This document shows positions 1 to 13,159 of a DNA stretch of 64,000 bases, piece by piece. The notes under the pieces are model-generated. The model did not search any database, was not told where the DNA came from, and saw only the letters and a list, made by a program, of their open reading frames with translations. Position numbers and translations under genes: made by a program. The DNA lies in the NCBI RefSeq assembly GCF_009914755.1, contig NC_060927.1; one strand, given 5' to 3'. Numbering within the stretch: the stretch's first letter is position 1; each line of letters begins with the position of its first letter. The stretch is from the human T2T-CHM13v2.0 reference genome, Homo sapiens.

Positions 1-1084
1 GGTAAATCTTACAAGGAAGAAAAACAAGCAAAACAAAACAAAACAATCACCTCACACTGAAACCAATTCCCCCAATCTATTTATTTCTTTATTTATTTAG
101 AACAAAGATTAATTCACATGATATCATGATTAGATTTATGCTGACAATTTATAGAAGCTATCTACCTTCTCCATATTTGCTATTTGGTTTAGTGTGTAGT
201 TAAATGCTATAAATGCTACCAAATTTAAAAGGTAGGAAATAGTAGTTTATGAATAACAGCTGTATTGGCTGGCTTTTATACTAAATTAAATAAAAATTCC
301 TCAAAGTAGATTTGTTTTTCCAATTCTGTACTCCAAGTGCCTTATACATAGTAGCATTCAGAATGTATTAATTGAAGTAATAAGTCAAAAACTTTATAGA
401 ATAAATTTTTATTAAATATGCATCTCCCTTGATGTAGTTTGTGATTGTATAATATAATCTGAAGACTCTTGCTAACTTTCTCCACCCTATTGCATAAAAG
501 TAAACAATGATGCCATCTTACTATTCCACATGAGTTACATATCCAGTTATTAGTAGAGATGCTATTCTTTTGAGTGTTATGTGAAGAAACTAAGAGCATC
601 TTCTACAGAGTTAACTGATAAATTGCACAGGTACTTTCTAGAAGTAAAGAAGATTTCAGGCTAGTATTTTATATCCAGATTATTATGTAACACTATATGT
701 CACAGTAATTCAATATTCTTTAAAAATGAAAACCCTTAATTGAGTAGAGATAAATTTTACTCTAGATATAGAAAGGAGAGCAGCAGTGACAAATCCTGGG
801 TAGCTGCTATTCATGGCGTGCCTCAGAGTAATTTAAGAATGACTGGAGTAATACAAATTAAAAAGAGATACCAAAATCTTTTCACTACAAAACGTTTCCT
901 GTGATGTGATGGTTTTATCCAATTAATAATATTATTAAGGAAACCTGGGAGAATTTTAAGTAAATCCCAATGTACAGATATTGAAGTTCAGGAAATCACT
1001 AATTTAGATCTACTCTTATTTGTGTTTCAAAGTTTTAGGTATACTTTTAAGAAAATATCTTGATATTTGGTCTGAAGGGTAGGG

Positions 1085-1151
1085 CTTTTTAGAGGAAATT
1101 TAGTATTCTAACAAGACTTTTTTTAGAGGAAATTTAGTATTCTAACAAGAC
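1085..1151. repeat. Short tandem duplication (~33 bp x2)
   Basis: c(t)n-agaggaaatttagtattctaacaaga occurs twice head-to-tail, differing only in T-run length. Confidence 0.9.
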
Positions 1152-1554
1152 ATTTGTCTTTGTTTAAGGTCATCCTTACAACTTTGAAGAGAGAACATGC
1201 TGACAATTTATGAAGAAAATGTCGTCTAACTACCCATAGAATAGGGCAAACTTACATTACCTGTCAAAGCTACACTGAGAAATGGCAGGAAAAGACAACA
1301 GTACAGAGAGTGTATCTATACTCTTGTAATTATTTTCCCTTATGCTGAATATGCCACTAGAGAGTTAGAAAGAATCAGACTACTTCCCTGAATGGAAAAT
1401 TAACAATGATGACTCTAACAAAGATGTGTAGGTTGCTATTTCAATTATTTTGAAAAAAAAACCATAGTCTTAAGGTATATCAATTTATTCATTAATCACA
1501 TAATCTAATTGGAAAAAATGCACTGAAGCACATCTTCAGTATAAGGACAGTTAT

Positions 1555-1622
1555 TACAAATGCCCAGAACAGTATTTGGATTGCTATAAATGACCAATAA
1601 ATAAATTTGATTTAATTGAACA
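1555..1622 (+). mobile_element. L2 LINE 3' terminal fragment
   Basis: tgcccagaacagtatttgg...caataaataaatttgatttaattgaa resembles the L2 3' end. Confidence 0.55.
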
Positions 1623-1640
1623 ACTGAATCTACTTAAAAT

Positions 1641-1822
1641 TGAATGGGTTGCCTTGAGTGTTGGTAAGGTTTTTTGTTACTACAATTATCTTATTATTGG
1701 AGGTATTAACAGAAATTCTGGGTGACTATCTTTAATGTATGAAACGTAAAAAATTCCTTCACTGAGTGTGAATTTGAACTAGATTGCCTGCCCAGTCATT
1801 TCTTATTCTGAGAATTGCAGTG
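1641..1822 (+). mobile_element. L3/CR1-type 3' end fragment
   Basis: gaatgggttgccttgag...ggaggtattaacagaaattctgggtgactatc...gaactagattgcc...ttctgagaatt follows the L3/MIR3 3' end layout. Confidence 0.55.
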
Positions 1823-3001
1823 CTAGTAAGAGCCTAATAATTATGATGACTCATGTAAAGTTAATCAGATGAGATATTATGCTCTGAATATACGGACAGA
1901 ATGATAATACAGAGAGAATGTCTGTGTACATATATGTACCCATTTTACTTATGATGACATTAATATCTATATAGTTAAGCATAACTTTCATATACCATTA
2001 GATAGTAAAGAATAGATAATTAAGTTCACTTACAGATTATTAAAAACTGACTCTCTATGAATCAAAACTATTTGAATTAGATGATTCCTTAGAAAGCACG
2101 TATTCCAATTGTGTAATCTTATGATGGAGGAAATGATGTGCAGAGGACATGTGCCATGTTCAAGTCTCCACTCTAATACTGACCACTGGTTCAGTGCTAT
2201 TTCCTTTTTAAATAGTATTTTACTAATATGTCCAATACATTTTTATTACCTGCTCTCGATTCTGTGTTTTGGATTTTGAATGAGTAGATCTTTTCATTTT
2301 TGGAAACCACATTTTTCACTTAAAATATCATATACTGTCATAAGTATATTTTTATTTTGATGAAATGAAGTAAGAGGAAATAGTGAATAAATAAAAAGGA
2401 TTATTATTCATAAGTTTAAATAAATGGAAAATGAATATCCAATAATAACCTTGAGCTACTTGAATTCAGCTGTATAAGAGGCCAACTTGCAGATTACAAA
2501 CGTGACTAGATTCAGCAAGTTTGCAGGTATGAAAAATTTTAATGATTACATGGCAATGGAAGAAATGTTAACATCCATTAAAATTATGTGTGAAACAAAT
2601 TCTAATAGCTAAATGGACATTGAAATTAAGGTACAACAAATCACAATTCCTCAAAACCAATGCAGGAAAAGAAGAAATATTAATTCATTAAGCATCAAGT
2701 TGTGAATATTGCCAGACCAAACATGAATGGAATCTCTTATATCTACTGCCTAAATTAACCAAACAAGGTTAGCTGTGTATCTAATAAGGTTTCACAAATC
2801 TTATTGAAGTTTATTATATTGGAAAGTGACATTTCAAGGTTGTAACAATTTGGAACTGACTCAACCCTTTGATCTCATCTGTGACTTATCTGGATTCCAC
2901 ACTATCTTTAGCTTGACTATATTACAGATATCCTGATGATCTCTTAACCTTCCCTAGTCAGGAAGAATTTTCTCTTAAACTTTTAAAAATTTTGTCACAG
3001 A

Positions 3002-3005
<4 letters not shown>

Positions 3006-3040
<35 letters not shown>
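3006..3040. repeat. (TC)n microsatellite
   Basis: Uninterrupted TC run. Confidence 0.95.
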
Positions 3041-3043
<3 letters not shown>

Positions 3044-3410
3044 GTTTATTTGTATATGAGATGGACTGACATAGCATGCTAAAGATCAGTCACAAGAGAC
3101 AGTGGTATAAGTGGTTGCCAAATCAGCATCAAAATGAAGTACAGCTATGTTAACAAACACAAAAGAAGTAAAACCATACTGAGATTTATATGTAAAAACT
3201 GAAACAAACCAATGAGGAATTGAATAGAAAGTTTCCCTAGAGGAATAATTCTAACTTACATTTATGTACTTTTTGCAGCATTTATTTATTGCCTCTGGGG
3301 CTCCACTTCCCAACAGGTATGTGACTCCAAAGCATAGTTAGTGGGTCAAGGCTATTTAAAGGGCTAAGGCTGACCAACACCTGCTGCTTGCCACTTCAAA
3401 TTCTGCTGAT

Positions 3411-3842
3411 TGTGGCTACTGTAGTGCGAAGCTCCATGCACATTTAAACCAATGTTGCAGAGATGCAACCTCATCTCAGGCCTCAGTGTGTGCCTCTCCC
3501 TTCTTGTTGCAGGCCCTCTCTCAAGTGCCCCTGAGCAGCATGAAAATCCACTAAGTACCCATGACATGTGCAATTTGGAAGTGGGTGCTCCTAGCCCATG
3601 GGGATACTCTTGACCAATGGAGAGCAGAAGCCAATAAATAAACAAGTACTACCTCCTTTTGTACACCAGGTGGAAAGTTTGTGCCTTGGCCTCAGTAGCT
3701 CTCAGTAGTGGCCATCATGACAAAATGCATCCTTCTTTCTGTGTCCATCATTTCCACTCCCTGTTTTCACTTTCCAAATAAACTATCTCTATCTGCAACT
3801 CTTTTTCTCGGGGTCTACTTTGGGGTATCCCAGTCTAAGACA
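3411..3842 (+). mobile_element. ERVL solo LTR, LTR16-like
   Basis: Starts TGTGGC; ends aataaacta...ggggtctactttggggtatcccagtctaagaca, typical of the LTR16 3' end. Confidence 0.7.
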
Positions 3843-3992
3843 GCCAATATTTATCCCCCTACATCCTTAAGTGTAGTTAAGTTGTTCTGCAGTTGACTAG
3901 AGCCCCCTTGTCAATCATCTACTGATGAAAGCAGACCCAACTCTTTACACCAGTGTACTGTGTAGACAATATAATTTTTCAAGCATACTATG

Positions 3993-4351
3993 TGTATTAG
4001 TTTGTTTTCAAGCTGCTGATAAAGACATATCCAAGACTGGGTAATTTACAAAGAAAAAAGAGGTTTAATGGACTCACAGTCCTTAGTGGCTGGGGAGGCC
4101 TCACAATCATGGCAGAAGGTAAAAAGCACATCTCACATGGTGGCAGGCAAGAGAGAATGAGAGCCAAGCAAAAGGGGGAACCCCTTATAAAACCATCAGA
4201 TCTCATGAGACTTAGTTCCACAAGAACAGTATGGGGGAAACTGCCCCTATGATTCAGTTATCTCCCACCAGGTTCCTCCCATAACATGTGGAAATTATGG
4301 GAACTACAATTCAAGATGAGATTTGGGTGGGAAAACAACCAAACCATATCA
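3993..4351 (-). mobile_element. THE1 (MaLR) solo LTR, THE1B/C-like
   Basis: tgtattagtttgttttc...gctgataaagacat...aaaccatatca; near-perfect 5-bp TSD ctatg/ccatg. Confidence 0.9.
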
Positions 4352-5399
4352 CCATGACATGAAAAGTTTCAAAGTTTCTGATAAACTAAACATATGATGA
4401 CTTGCTATTATTTATAGAACTCATAATTTACAAATAACTAAGCAAACCACAATTTATATAATTTCATTTCTGAAAATAAAATGCTCTTGGTTATTATTCT
4501 ATCCAATTAAATCCATTACTGATTTAGAGGGTGATGTGGCTAACAGAGTAAGAAAAAAATAAATTGAATGTACAAGGAGCATAATGACAAGGCATGAACG
4601 TGAACAAGGGCACAAACCACAATGTAATTGTGAAACATTTTGGAGTTTAGCTGAAATGTGATTTAGTATTACCTAGTCATTACCATGTAGAAAAACTCAT
4701 CTGTAGTTTTTGCACTGTATTTGCATCATATTTTAAATTGTATTTTAAAATGAAAACACTCATTATTCTTATGGGAAAAGAGCAAAACCCTATGGCATAA
4801 CCACATTATACCTTTCTATCTTGCTTTCACTTTTTATATGAACTAATGGTTTGAAAAGGTGACTCTCAAATACTCTAGAACTGCTACTGACTTTCTTTAA
4901 AGTGATGTCTTCTTATACATGAAGTCCTATGAAAGTTTTCTTTCAATGTATGAGTTGTAGGACAATGCATTCATACTCTATGAAAGGATGACATTTTCAC
5001 ATAAGAAAGAGGTATACACATAGGTAGTTACCCCTTCCTATACCTATCAATACATTTTAACTAAATATTTTTAAAATAGATATTTTTGGTTAAAAAAGCA
5101 TATGAAAAGCACACAGTAGTTGTTTTTTGTTTAATTTATAAGATTTTATGAATAAATTTATAAATATTCACTTTTTTCTTCCCTTCCCCTTTTCCCCTGC
5201 ATCATTTTAAAAACACTAGACTATAATCCTTTTGATCTAAATTATGTTGCCAATAGAAACATATATATGTCATTTTTCATTATATTTACAACCTGGTTTC
5301 CTATGACTCGTTCTGCTGTCTCTAGGATGGGTATATATATATATGCGTATTCACTTATAATTAAAGGTGAAAAAACATATTTAATGCAAATATCTGTTA

Positions 5400-5712
5400 C
5401 AACAAGCAGTTTTCATAAAGATACAGTAAATAATTTAGACTTTTCAAGTGATATATACTATTTTGCAGCTACTCAACTCTGCTATTGCAGTATGAAAGCA
5501 GCCATAGATAATATATAAGCAAATAAGTGTACCTGTGTTCCAATAAAACTTTATTTACAGACACTGAAATGTGAATTTTGCATAATTTTCACATATCAAC
5601 ATATGATCGTTTGATTTTTTTTTCAGCCGTTTACAAGTATAAAAATCATGGGCCATGCAAAAATTGGAGAAAGACAGAATTTGGTCCATGGGCCATAAGT
5701 TGTTGACTACTG
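5400..5712 (+). mobile_element. MER58B-like hAT-Charlie MITE
   Basis: ctactcaactctgctattgcagtatgaaagcagccatag...tgttccaataaaactttattta-cagacactgaaat...gggccataagttgttgactactg. Confidence 0.8.
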
Positions 5713-5948
5713 TGCAATATGATAAATATAGATACAGATAGACACGCATTTGTGTGTGTGTGGCGGGGGGGAGAGAGAAAGGAACTAAAAATCTAGAAAT
5801 AATACTATATTTTAATCACAGTTGCATTTCTAGTGAATTCCTATAGCTTAGTGCATTACCTAACATCTAACAAATACATAGTAATGTTTTGACTATATAT
5901 AAAAGAAGGAAATAACAAACTGTTGTATTGTTAATTACATCAGTGTTT

Positions 5949-6244
<296 letters not shown>

Positions 6245-6326
6245 TCACTAAGCTAGAAAAGAAATTATTAGGTACAACTGTTAACAATAAGAAATTATTA
6301 GTAAAGAATCAAACCATTGAAGATAG

Positions 6327-6659
<333 letters not shown>

Positions 6660-8166
6660 AGAGTTTTTAAATTAAAAGAAAAAAAAACATATTACTTTAA
6701 CTTATCTACTTTTGTATACCATCTTTGACATGGCTTTTATACATCCAAATACTTGTATTTTGAGCATTTCTAAGTGAGCATTCTAGGATAAGAACATTTT
6801 TAATTGAGCATCTTTATATTTATGGCTAATATAAATCCAAACATTCTCTTCTTTTTGCATTTAAATTTTTTTCTCCATCTTACCTATTTGTTATCATTTA
6901 TGTTTTTATTTTGGTTTATTTAGTTTTATTCTTTCAATATTCTTTTTGAACATGGTGACCCAAGCTGATTGCAATATTCTACATCGTAGTACAAACAACA
7001 AAAAGATATTAACTTAGTCTTTCTGCATTACTGTCATATAATTTCATTATTTTGTTTTATATTGAATTTTTTTCTCAGGAACATTCTATGCTTTACCTGC
7101 TAGTTAGATAAAATCTCAAATATCCCAATATATTTATTACTAACATGCTTTCTTCAGCCTCTATATTTACTTTTTTAGGGTAATTTTTTTTTTAATTTTT
7201 GTTTCTCTTTTTGTTGTTTTGCTTTTTGGTGTCTAGGTATATGGTAACTAGTAAGCAATAGGAAATGATCCACAACACTCAGATGCGTGGTTAATTTCCT
7301 TTACTTTCTTTCTCAAATTAAATTCATTTCGGGGACCCACTGGCTAGAGTGGCAGAAAGCTTGATAGCTTTTCATCTTAAAGATTATTTCTTATAATCCA
7401 TTTCCAAATAATTTTCACATTCCAAAAGATATCGAATCATTTCCATACGCAAGCAAAGATGGCTTTGGTTTTCAATCAACCCATGGCTACTCTTACATAT
7501 AGCTGTCAAAATGTGTTGTTGTTGAGCACTAAACTTTCCTAGTCTGACTGCTGCAGTCAAGATCCTGATGCAGTTCTATCTTGCTTGACCTGATCTAGGC
7601 AGAGCCTAGAGCAATCTTTCACTGGAATCTTGAAACTGATTCCAGTGGCAACTCCACTCATTCCTTGTCAGAGTCAACTTAGATTGTTCCCTAAGTTCCC
7701 AGGGAGATATTCCTTAGGTTTCAGTTCTTTCAAATGCATATAATCCTCTAAGCTGCTTGGCACCTCAGAAGTGTATGTTTAGCTGTTCACCTTGCAAATT
7801 TACAGCAGTTACTGTTTTTATAAGCTTGGTTATCAAACTAAGGATTGGGAAGCTTTCTCTTTCTTATTATGAAACTCAAAAAGTGCTCTTTCACCTTGCC
7901 TCCTTTCCCAAAATGGTAGAGATCAACTGACTTCTTCGTGAGGCTGAACACTATCAAAGATTCCAAAAAGAGAAAAAGGTAACTTTCCAGGACTTATTTA
8001 CTGCAAGTAGAAAAGAACAAAACAGCAGACAAGGAAGAAATATGCATAAATTGAGTTCTGTTTCACTAAATTGTCCACTATATTAATTGTTAATAAGTGA
8101 TGATTGAATGATTGAAATTTCTAAAAGTAAAATTTACTGTTAGATTTCAGACCATCTATATTTAAG

Positions 8167-8258
8167 AATTAAATGTGAGACATTAAATATATCATATAAA
8201 TTATATATTTAAATGTATATATAATATACATTATATATTTAATGTCTCACATTTAATT
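8167..8258. repeat. Perfect 26-bp inverted repeat with 40-bp AT-rich spacer
   Basis: 8167-8192 aattaaatgtgagacattaaatatat is the exact reverse complement of 8233-8258. Confidence 0.92.
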
Positions 8259-8268
8259 ATATAATACG

Positions 8269-8269
8269 T

Positions 8270-8301
<32 letters not shown>
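8269..8301. repeat. (TG)n microsatellite
   Basis: TG run with one interruption. Confidence 0.9.
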
Positions 8302-8306
<5 letters not shown>

Positions 8307-8561
8307 GTGAATTTTACAAAACTACAGGGAAAAAATTTCCATGTCAGAAATTCCTACAGTTACAGTGAGAACTGCTGTGAAGCTAGACTGTTTTTCAGAA
8401 GTATACCTTGTGACAACTGCAGAAATGAAACTTTTTATTAGCATTCATAAAAGCTATAGAAAGTTTTAATTGAGTTGTATGACTTATTCCAAAGCACACT
8501 TATTTAAATATATCTGTCAATAAGTTACTAAAATAATTATGAATACATTTAATTAAAAAAA

Positions 8562-8661
8562 ATTTAATTTTTATGGGCACATAGCATATGGATATATATA
8601 TATGGGGTACATGAAATATTTTGATACAGGCATACAGTGCATAATAATCACATCAGGGTAA
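8562..8661 (-). mobile_element. L1MA-type 3' terminal fragment
   Basis: atggggtacatgaaatattttgatacaggcatacagtgcataataatcacatcagggtaa matches the antisense L1MA 3' end. Confidence 0.8.
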
Positions 8662-8779
8662 CATCTAACTTTATAGACTTTTAATTCACATTTATAAGCT
8701 TCATACTTTTTTGTGCTTTCTTATATTCAGTTTCCATTCGGTGTATGATGAAGACTTATTCTTATTTCCTAACTTCCAT

Positions 8780-10420
8780 TTTTTCACAGCTTTTTATTGA
8801 TATGTATGTAAAACAGAAAAGTGCACAGAAATAAATATACAGCCCAATGCATTTTCCCAAAAATGGAGACATCTGTATAATTAGCACTCAAATTAAGAAG
8901 AAAAATTATCTGCTTCTTAGAAGAGGTCTCATGCTCCTTTCACTCAATAACCCCCCTCCCATTGAAGATGCTCACTTTCTTTACTTCTAACCTATAAAAT
9001 AGTTTGAGCTGTTTTATACTTTATGTAAATAGAATCATGCAGTGTGATCATTTAAGTTTGGATTCTTTCATGTAATTTTATGTTTATAAAATCTATCTCT
9101 ATTTTTTTCAGGTAGTGTTATATCATTTGTGCTCATTGTTGCATAGTATTCCACTTCATTAATATACCATAATTTATTTATTCATTCTCCTAATAATTGT
9201 ACACAAATTAGCTGAAACTTTAGGGTTAATAAAAATAGTGCTGCTACAAATATTTCAATACATGTTATTTGGTGAATATACACAGGCATAACTATTGGGC
9301 GTATACCTAAGAATAAACTGCTAGGTCATATGGTATTTATTTGTCAATATTTAGCAGATACCACCAAACACTTTTTAAAAGTGTTTGTACCAACATATTT
9401 TCCTATCAGTATTGCATGAGAGTGTTGGTTGGCTCACATTATTTTCTGCTTTCCCATTACCTTGAAGTGCATGCAGTGGTATCAGGTTGTGGTCTTAATT
9501 TGCATTTATCTGAAGACTAATGAAATTGCACAATTTTTCGGATGTTCATTGGCCATTTGGATATCTGCTTTTATCAAGCTATCTATTCAAGTGTTTTGTG
9601 CATTTCTTTCCATCAAGTTATCTGTGTTTTTATTAATTTGTGGCTCTGTATATGTATATAATGAGTTCTTTGAAGGATGTATATGTTGTTAATATTTTCT
9701 CCCAATTAGTAGATTACCATTTTCTTTTCTTAATGGTGTATTTTGTTAAATGTAAGTTTATTAATTTTAATAAAGTTTATTTTAGCTTTCTTCCATCATT
9801 GTCATAAATTTTGTATTGTTCCAAAAAAGTCTGCTCTTCCAAGGTCACTGAGAGTTTCTCCTATATTTTCCATTAAAAGTTTTCTTGTTTTACTTGTTTA
9901 AAATTTCAGTCCATCCTAAAATAACTTCTGTGTATGATGTGAGGGTAGTGGGTCAAGAGACTTTCAAAAATACCATCTTCTCCTCTTTTTTCTGAGACAG
10001 AGTTTCACTCTTGTCGCCCAGGCTGGCATGCAATAGTGCGATCTTGACTCACTGAAACCTCCGCCTCCCAGGTTCAAGCAATTCTCCTGCCTCAGCCTCC
10101 CAAGTAGCTGGGATTACAGGTGCCCGCCACCAAGCCCAGCTAATTTTTGTATTTTTTTTTTTTTAGTATAGACGGGGTTTCACAATGTTGGCCAGGCTGG
10201 TCTCGAACTCTCGACCTCAGGTGATCTGCCCACTTTGGTCTCCCAAAGTGCTGGGATTACAGGCTTGAACCACTGCGCTCAGCCCATCTTCTCCTTTTTA
10301 CACTGCATTATTGCCTTTGGGATAAATCAGGTGACCACAGAAGTATGGTATGTTTTTGGACTCTTTCTTCTGTTCTATTGGCCACTTTGTCTCTCCTTAA
10401 ACTAGCAAAATATTATCATA
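8780..10420 (-). mobile_element. Old L1 (L1ME/MD-type) 3' portion interrupted by an Alu
   Basis: Antisense L1 3'UTR/ORF2 phrases such as ttaatttgcatttatctgaagactaatga and ttcattggccatttggatatct. Confidence 0.75.
9985..10283 (-). mobile_element. Alu, AluSq/Sx-like, with 12-bp TSD
   Basis: Full antisense Alu; TSD ccatcttctcct at 9973-9984 and 10284-10295. Confidence 0.92.
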
Positions 10421-10689
10421 ACAATGATATATTCTGATGTTATTTTATATAAGAAAATATGATACTTATAAATTAATGATTGTAATGAAGTAGAAAGAAT
10501 TCTATATTTAAAATGTAAAAAAGTTTATTGTACATCGTTTTAACTTTTATATAGACCACTATGTAAGTATAGATTATTTTAAAGTCATAAAATGTAGATT
10601 AAAAATGCTATTCTAAAGCAAACCGTTAAGTGTACAATGTTCTATTTTTAAACTTAATCTTTTAGAAATGACTTACATTCTGTAATTTT

Positions 10690-11170
10690 TGACATGAGAT
10701 ATTACAGGTTTATGTTGTCCTTTCCCTTTCTCAATTTTAGAAGTAGCCATTTCTTCAAGGAGATCTGGTTCCTTTTAGTGGGAAACAAATTCAGAAACCA
10801 AGATTTCAGCACTTACTTTATTGCTGCTTGGTACTCTGTGGCCTTTTTACTGGACAAAATGAGGACAAAGATGTGTGTGTTTGTGTGTGTGTGCGTTTAT
10901 GTGTGTGTGTAGCCGTATACTACGTAGATGAACACATGTGTACATAATTATGAATGATACATATGTATGTGTGTGTAAATATATATGTAATATATAAATA
11001 TATATCTATTTTAAATATATTATATATGTACATATGTGTGTGTCTGTATTAGTTTACACTAATAACTTCAATTCTATCCCATCACCATAATCTTCATTCT
11101 AGGTTCCCTCCTTTTCAAACTTGTAATTGTTTTATCTAATATTGAGAAATCTATCTACTAATTATTTCTC
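10690..11170 (-). mobile_element. L1MC4/5-like 3' UTR fragment containing TG/TA-rich tracts
   Basis: agccatttcttcaaggagatctggttccttttagtgggaaa...cctttttactggaca. Confidence 0.65.
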
Positions 11171-11934
11171 AATCCCCATACATAACCAACATTCTGACAC
11201 CAACAGCTTACACTATATTTGTCTTACTTCCTCACATGGACCTCAAGACTCACCAGGCCTCCTTCTATGCTTGTCTGTTTAATGGCTTTTTGATGACATT
11301 ATTAAAGAAGGGAGAAAGGAAGGAAATAAAGAGAAAAAAATCATATTTTTCTTCGAACAAATTTTGGAAGACAAATCTAATTTTGCTTCATGACACAATT
11401 AATGATGGAAGGAAAAATACGAAAAGGGAAAGAAACTGATGTAATCTATTTCTACTTCATGGAAAGGAATAATGTCTTTCTCCTGGTCTTTATTTTGTAA
11501 TATTACTGTTGCTCTTGTTAACAGGCATCACAAATATTATCAGTGGTCACATTTTAATCTTGATTTTATCCTACTTTATTAAAGACTATCACACATTTAT
11601 CAGCATCCAAAGCTTAATTTATTAAAAGACAGACCATACTCTCATCTTTTATAAGATTCTGAAATAGAGGTTGAAAAATTGAAATCTATATATGGCTTAG
11701 TGTTATTTTCTTGTGACCTGAAGCTGGAAATAATTACTAAGGTCCAAGCTCGTAAGAGCACACTGTACTTTTTTAAACAACTTGCTTTATTTCATTTCTA
11801 AAATCATCATCTTTGTCACTATTATTAGAAAATTAAGTTATTTATTCTTTCGGAAATTATATTAAAAAAACGAATAGGACATTACTGAAACAGAGTACCA
11901 GACTTCAAAAAGCTTTTTTTCTGCTCAAGTCATG

Positions 11935-12363
11935 CAATTATTAGTTAGGTTGGTGCTGGCTGTGTAACAAATTGATTCCAAAGTGTATCATGGTTCAAAC
12001 ATAATACTTTTTTAAACAAATTATTTTCCCAAGATGAGTTTCTCTAGTCAGCAACAGGATTTTCTCCCCATAATCACTTAGACTTACAGAGCTTCTCCAA
12101 GCTTCAAAATGTGGCTTACAAGTTCACCAACCATGATAGCCTCCTCTAGTTCAGCCAGAAGAAAGATAGATGGAGGGTATGTGGGACACTTCTATGGGAC
12201 GAGCTTGGGAGTCACTGATCTCATTTGTTCTGCTCTTTTTCCACTGCCTAGAACTCTGTCACACAGCGACAAGTAAAAGCAAGGAAAGCTAGAAAATATA
12301 GTGTTGATGTATGCCCAGGGAAAGGAAAATGGATTCTGATGGATAGCTATCAACAGCTACCAT
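11935..12363 (-). mobile_element. Old MLT1 (MaLR) LTR, MLT1J/K-like
   Basis: tagttagg...gctgtgtaacaaa start; cactgcctagaactctgtcaca...gcaaggaaagctagaaaatatagt...gcccagggaaagg motif. Confidence 0.6.
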
Positions 12364-12514
12364 AGCAATATGTTAAATGTATAAAAGGAAGACTTCTCTG
12401 GTTGAAACATGAAAGTTAACCCAGTACCAACCAGTAGACATTTCCCTCAGCCCCTTTAAAAAACAGCAAAAATAGCAACAAAAGCCTTCTCAAAACTCTT
12501 GGTTTTCTTAGAAC

Positions 12515-12770
12515 GGTATTTGAAAATTATTACATTAAAAATGTACACATTTACTCAGCAATCCCATTCAGGGAACACTGTCGTATAGAAATAAAAATGT
12601 AATTCAAAAACAATTTCATTACGAATGTACCCATTGATTCAGCAATCACATTTCTGGGACTCCATACTATAGAAATAAAAGTGTATTTTTAAAACTATTG
12701 CATTAAACATGTACTCATTGTCTCAGCAATTCAATTCCTGGCACTCTATATCACAAAAAATAAAAGAATA
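12515..12770 (+). repeat. Diverged 84-bp tandem triplication of an L1 ORF2 segment
   Basis: atgtac at 12541, 12625 and 12709 (period 84), each followed by tcagcaat and aaataaaa. Confidence 0.8.
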
Positions 12771-13121
12771 TCATATTAGAAAGCTCTGTTCTAAGTAATT
12801 TATTCTTTAGAATGTTTTATGTACCATTGTTTGTAGTAGCAAAGGCAAAAAATGAAATAAAAACAGAAAGAAAGTGAAAGTGCTTCAATACGGAAGCATT
12901 AGGAGAAAAGTTGCATAAATATTTCAAGATTATGAAATAGTATATGGCTATTCCTTAGAACTAAATGTCATATGGGTATCAGAATTTCTACACTGTGCCT
13001 TCACCATAATATAAGTGATAAAAGTAAGATATTTATCATTACATATGTGCCTGTTTTCCTAAAATAATGAGAAAATAACCAATGTTTCTAAATGCAGAGG
13101 GCATGTTTCTGGGAGTATTAT

Positions 13122-13159
13122 ATATATATATAAATTATATATATAATTTATATATATAT
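13122..13159. repeat. 38-bp perfect AT-only palindrome
   Basis: atatatatataaattatat|atataatttatatatatat. Confidence 0.85.

Noticed and set aside
522-637. Possible minus-strand exon (cttctttacttctAG ... ATA|GTAAGA)
   Set aside because: Weak donor and stops in all three frames
7620-7647. Hairpin cactggaatc/gattccagtg
   Set aside because: A 10-bp stem with a short loop is expected by chance about once in 64 kb
7850-7980. Plus-strand peptide LRIGKLSL...LLREAEHYQ resembling a KCTD/T1 BTB motif
   Set aside because: Wrong spacing, an in-frame stop and no upstream DRD motif; probably coincidence
12515-12770. CRISPR-like repeat-spacer array
   Set aside because: Whole units are homologous with no unique spacers; L1-derived in a primate context with no cas genes
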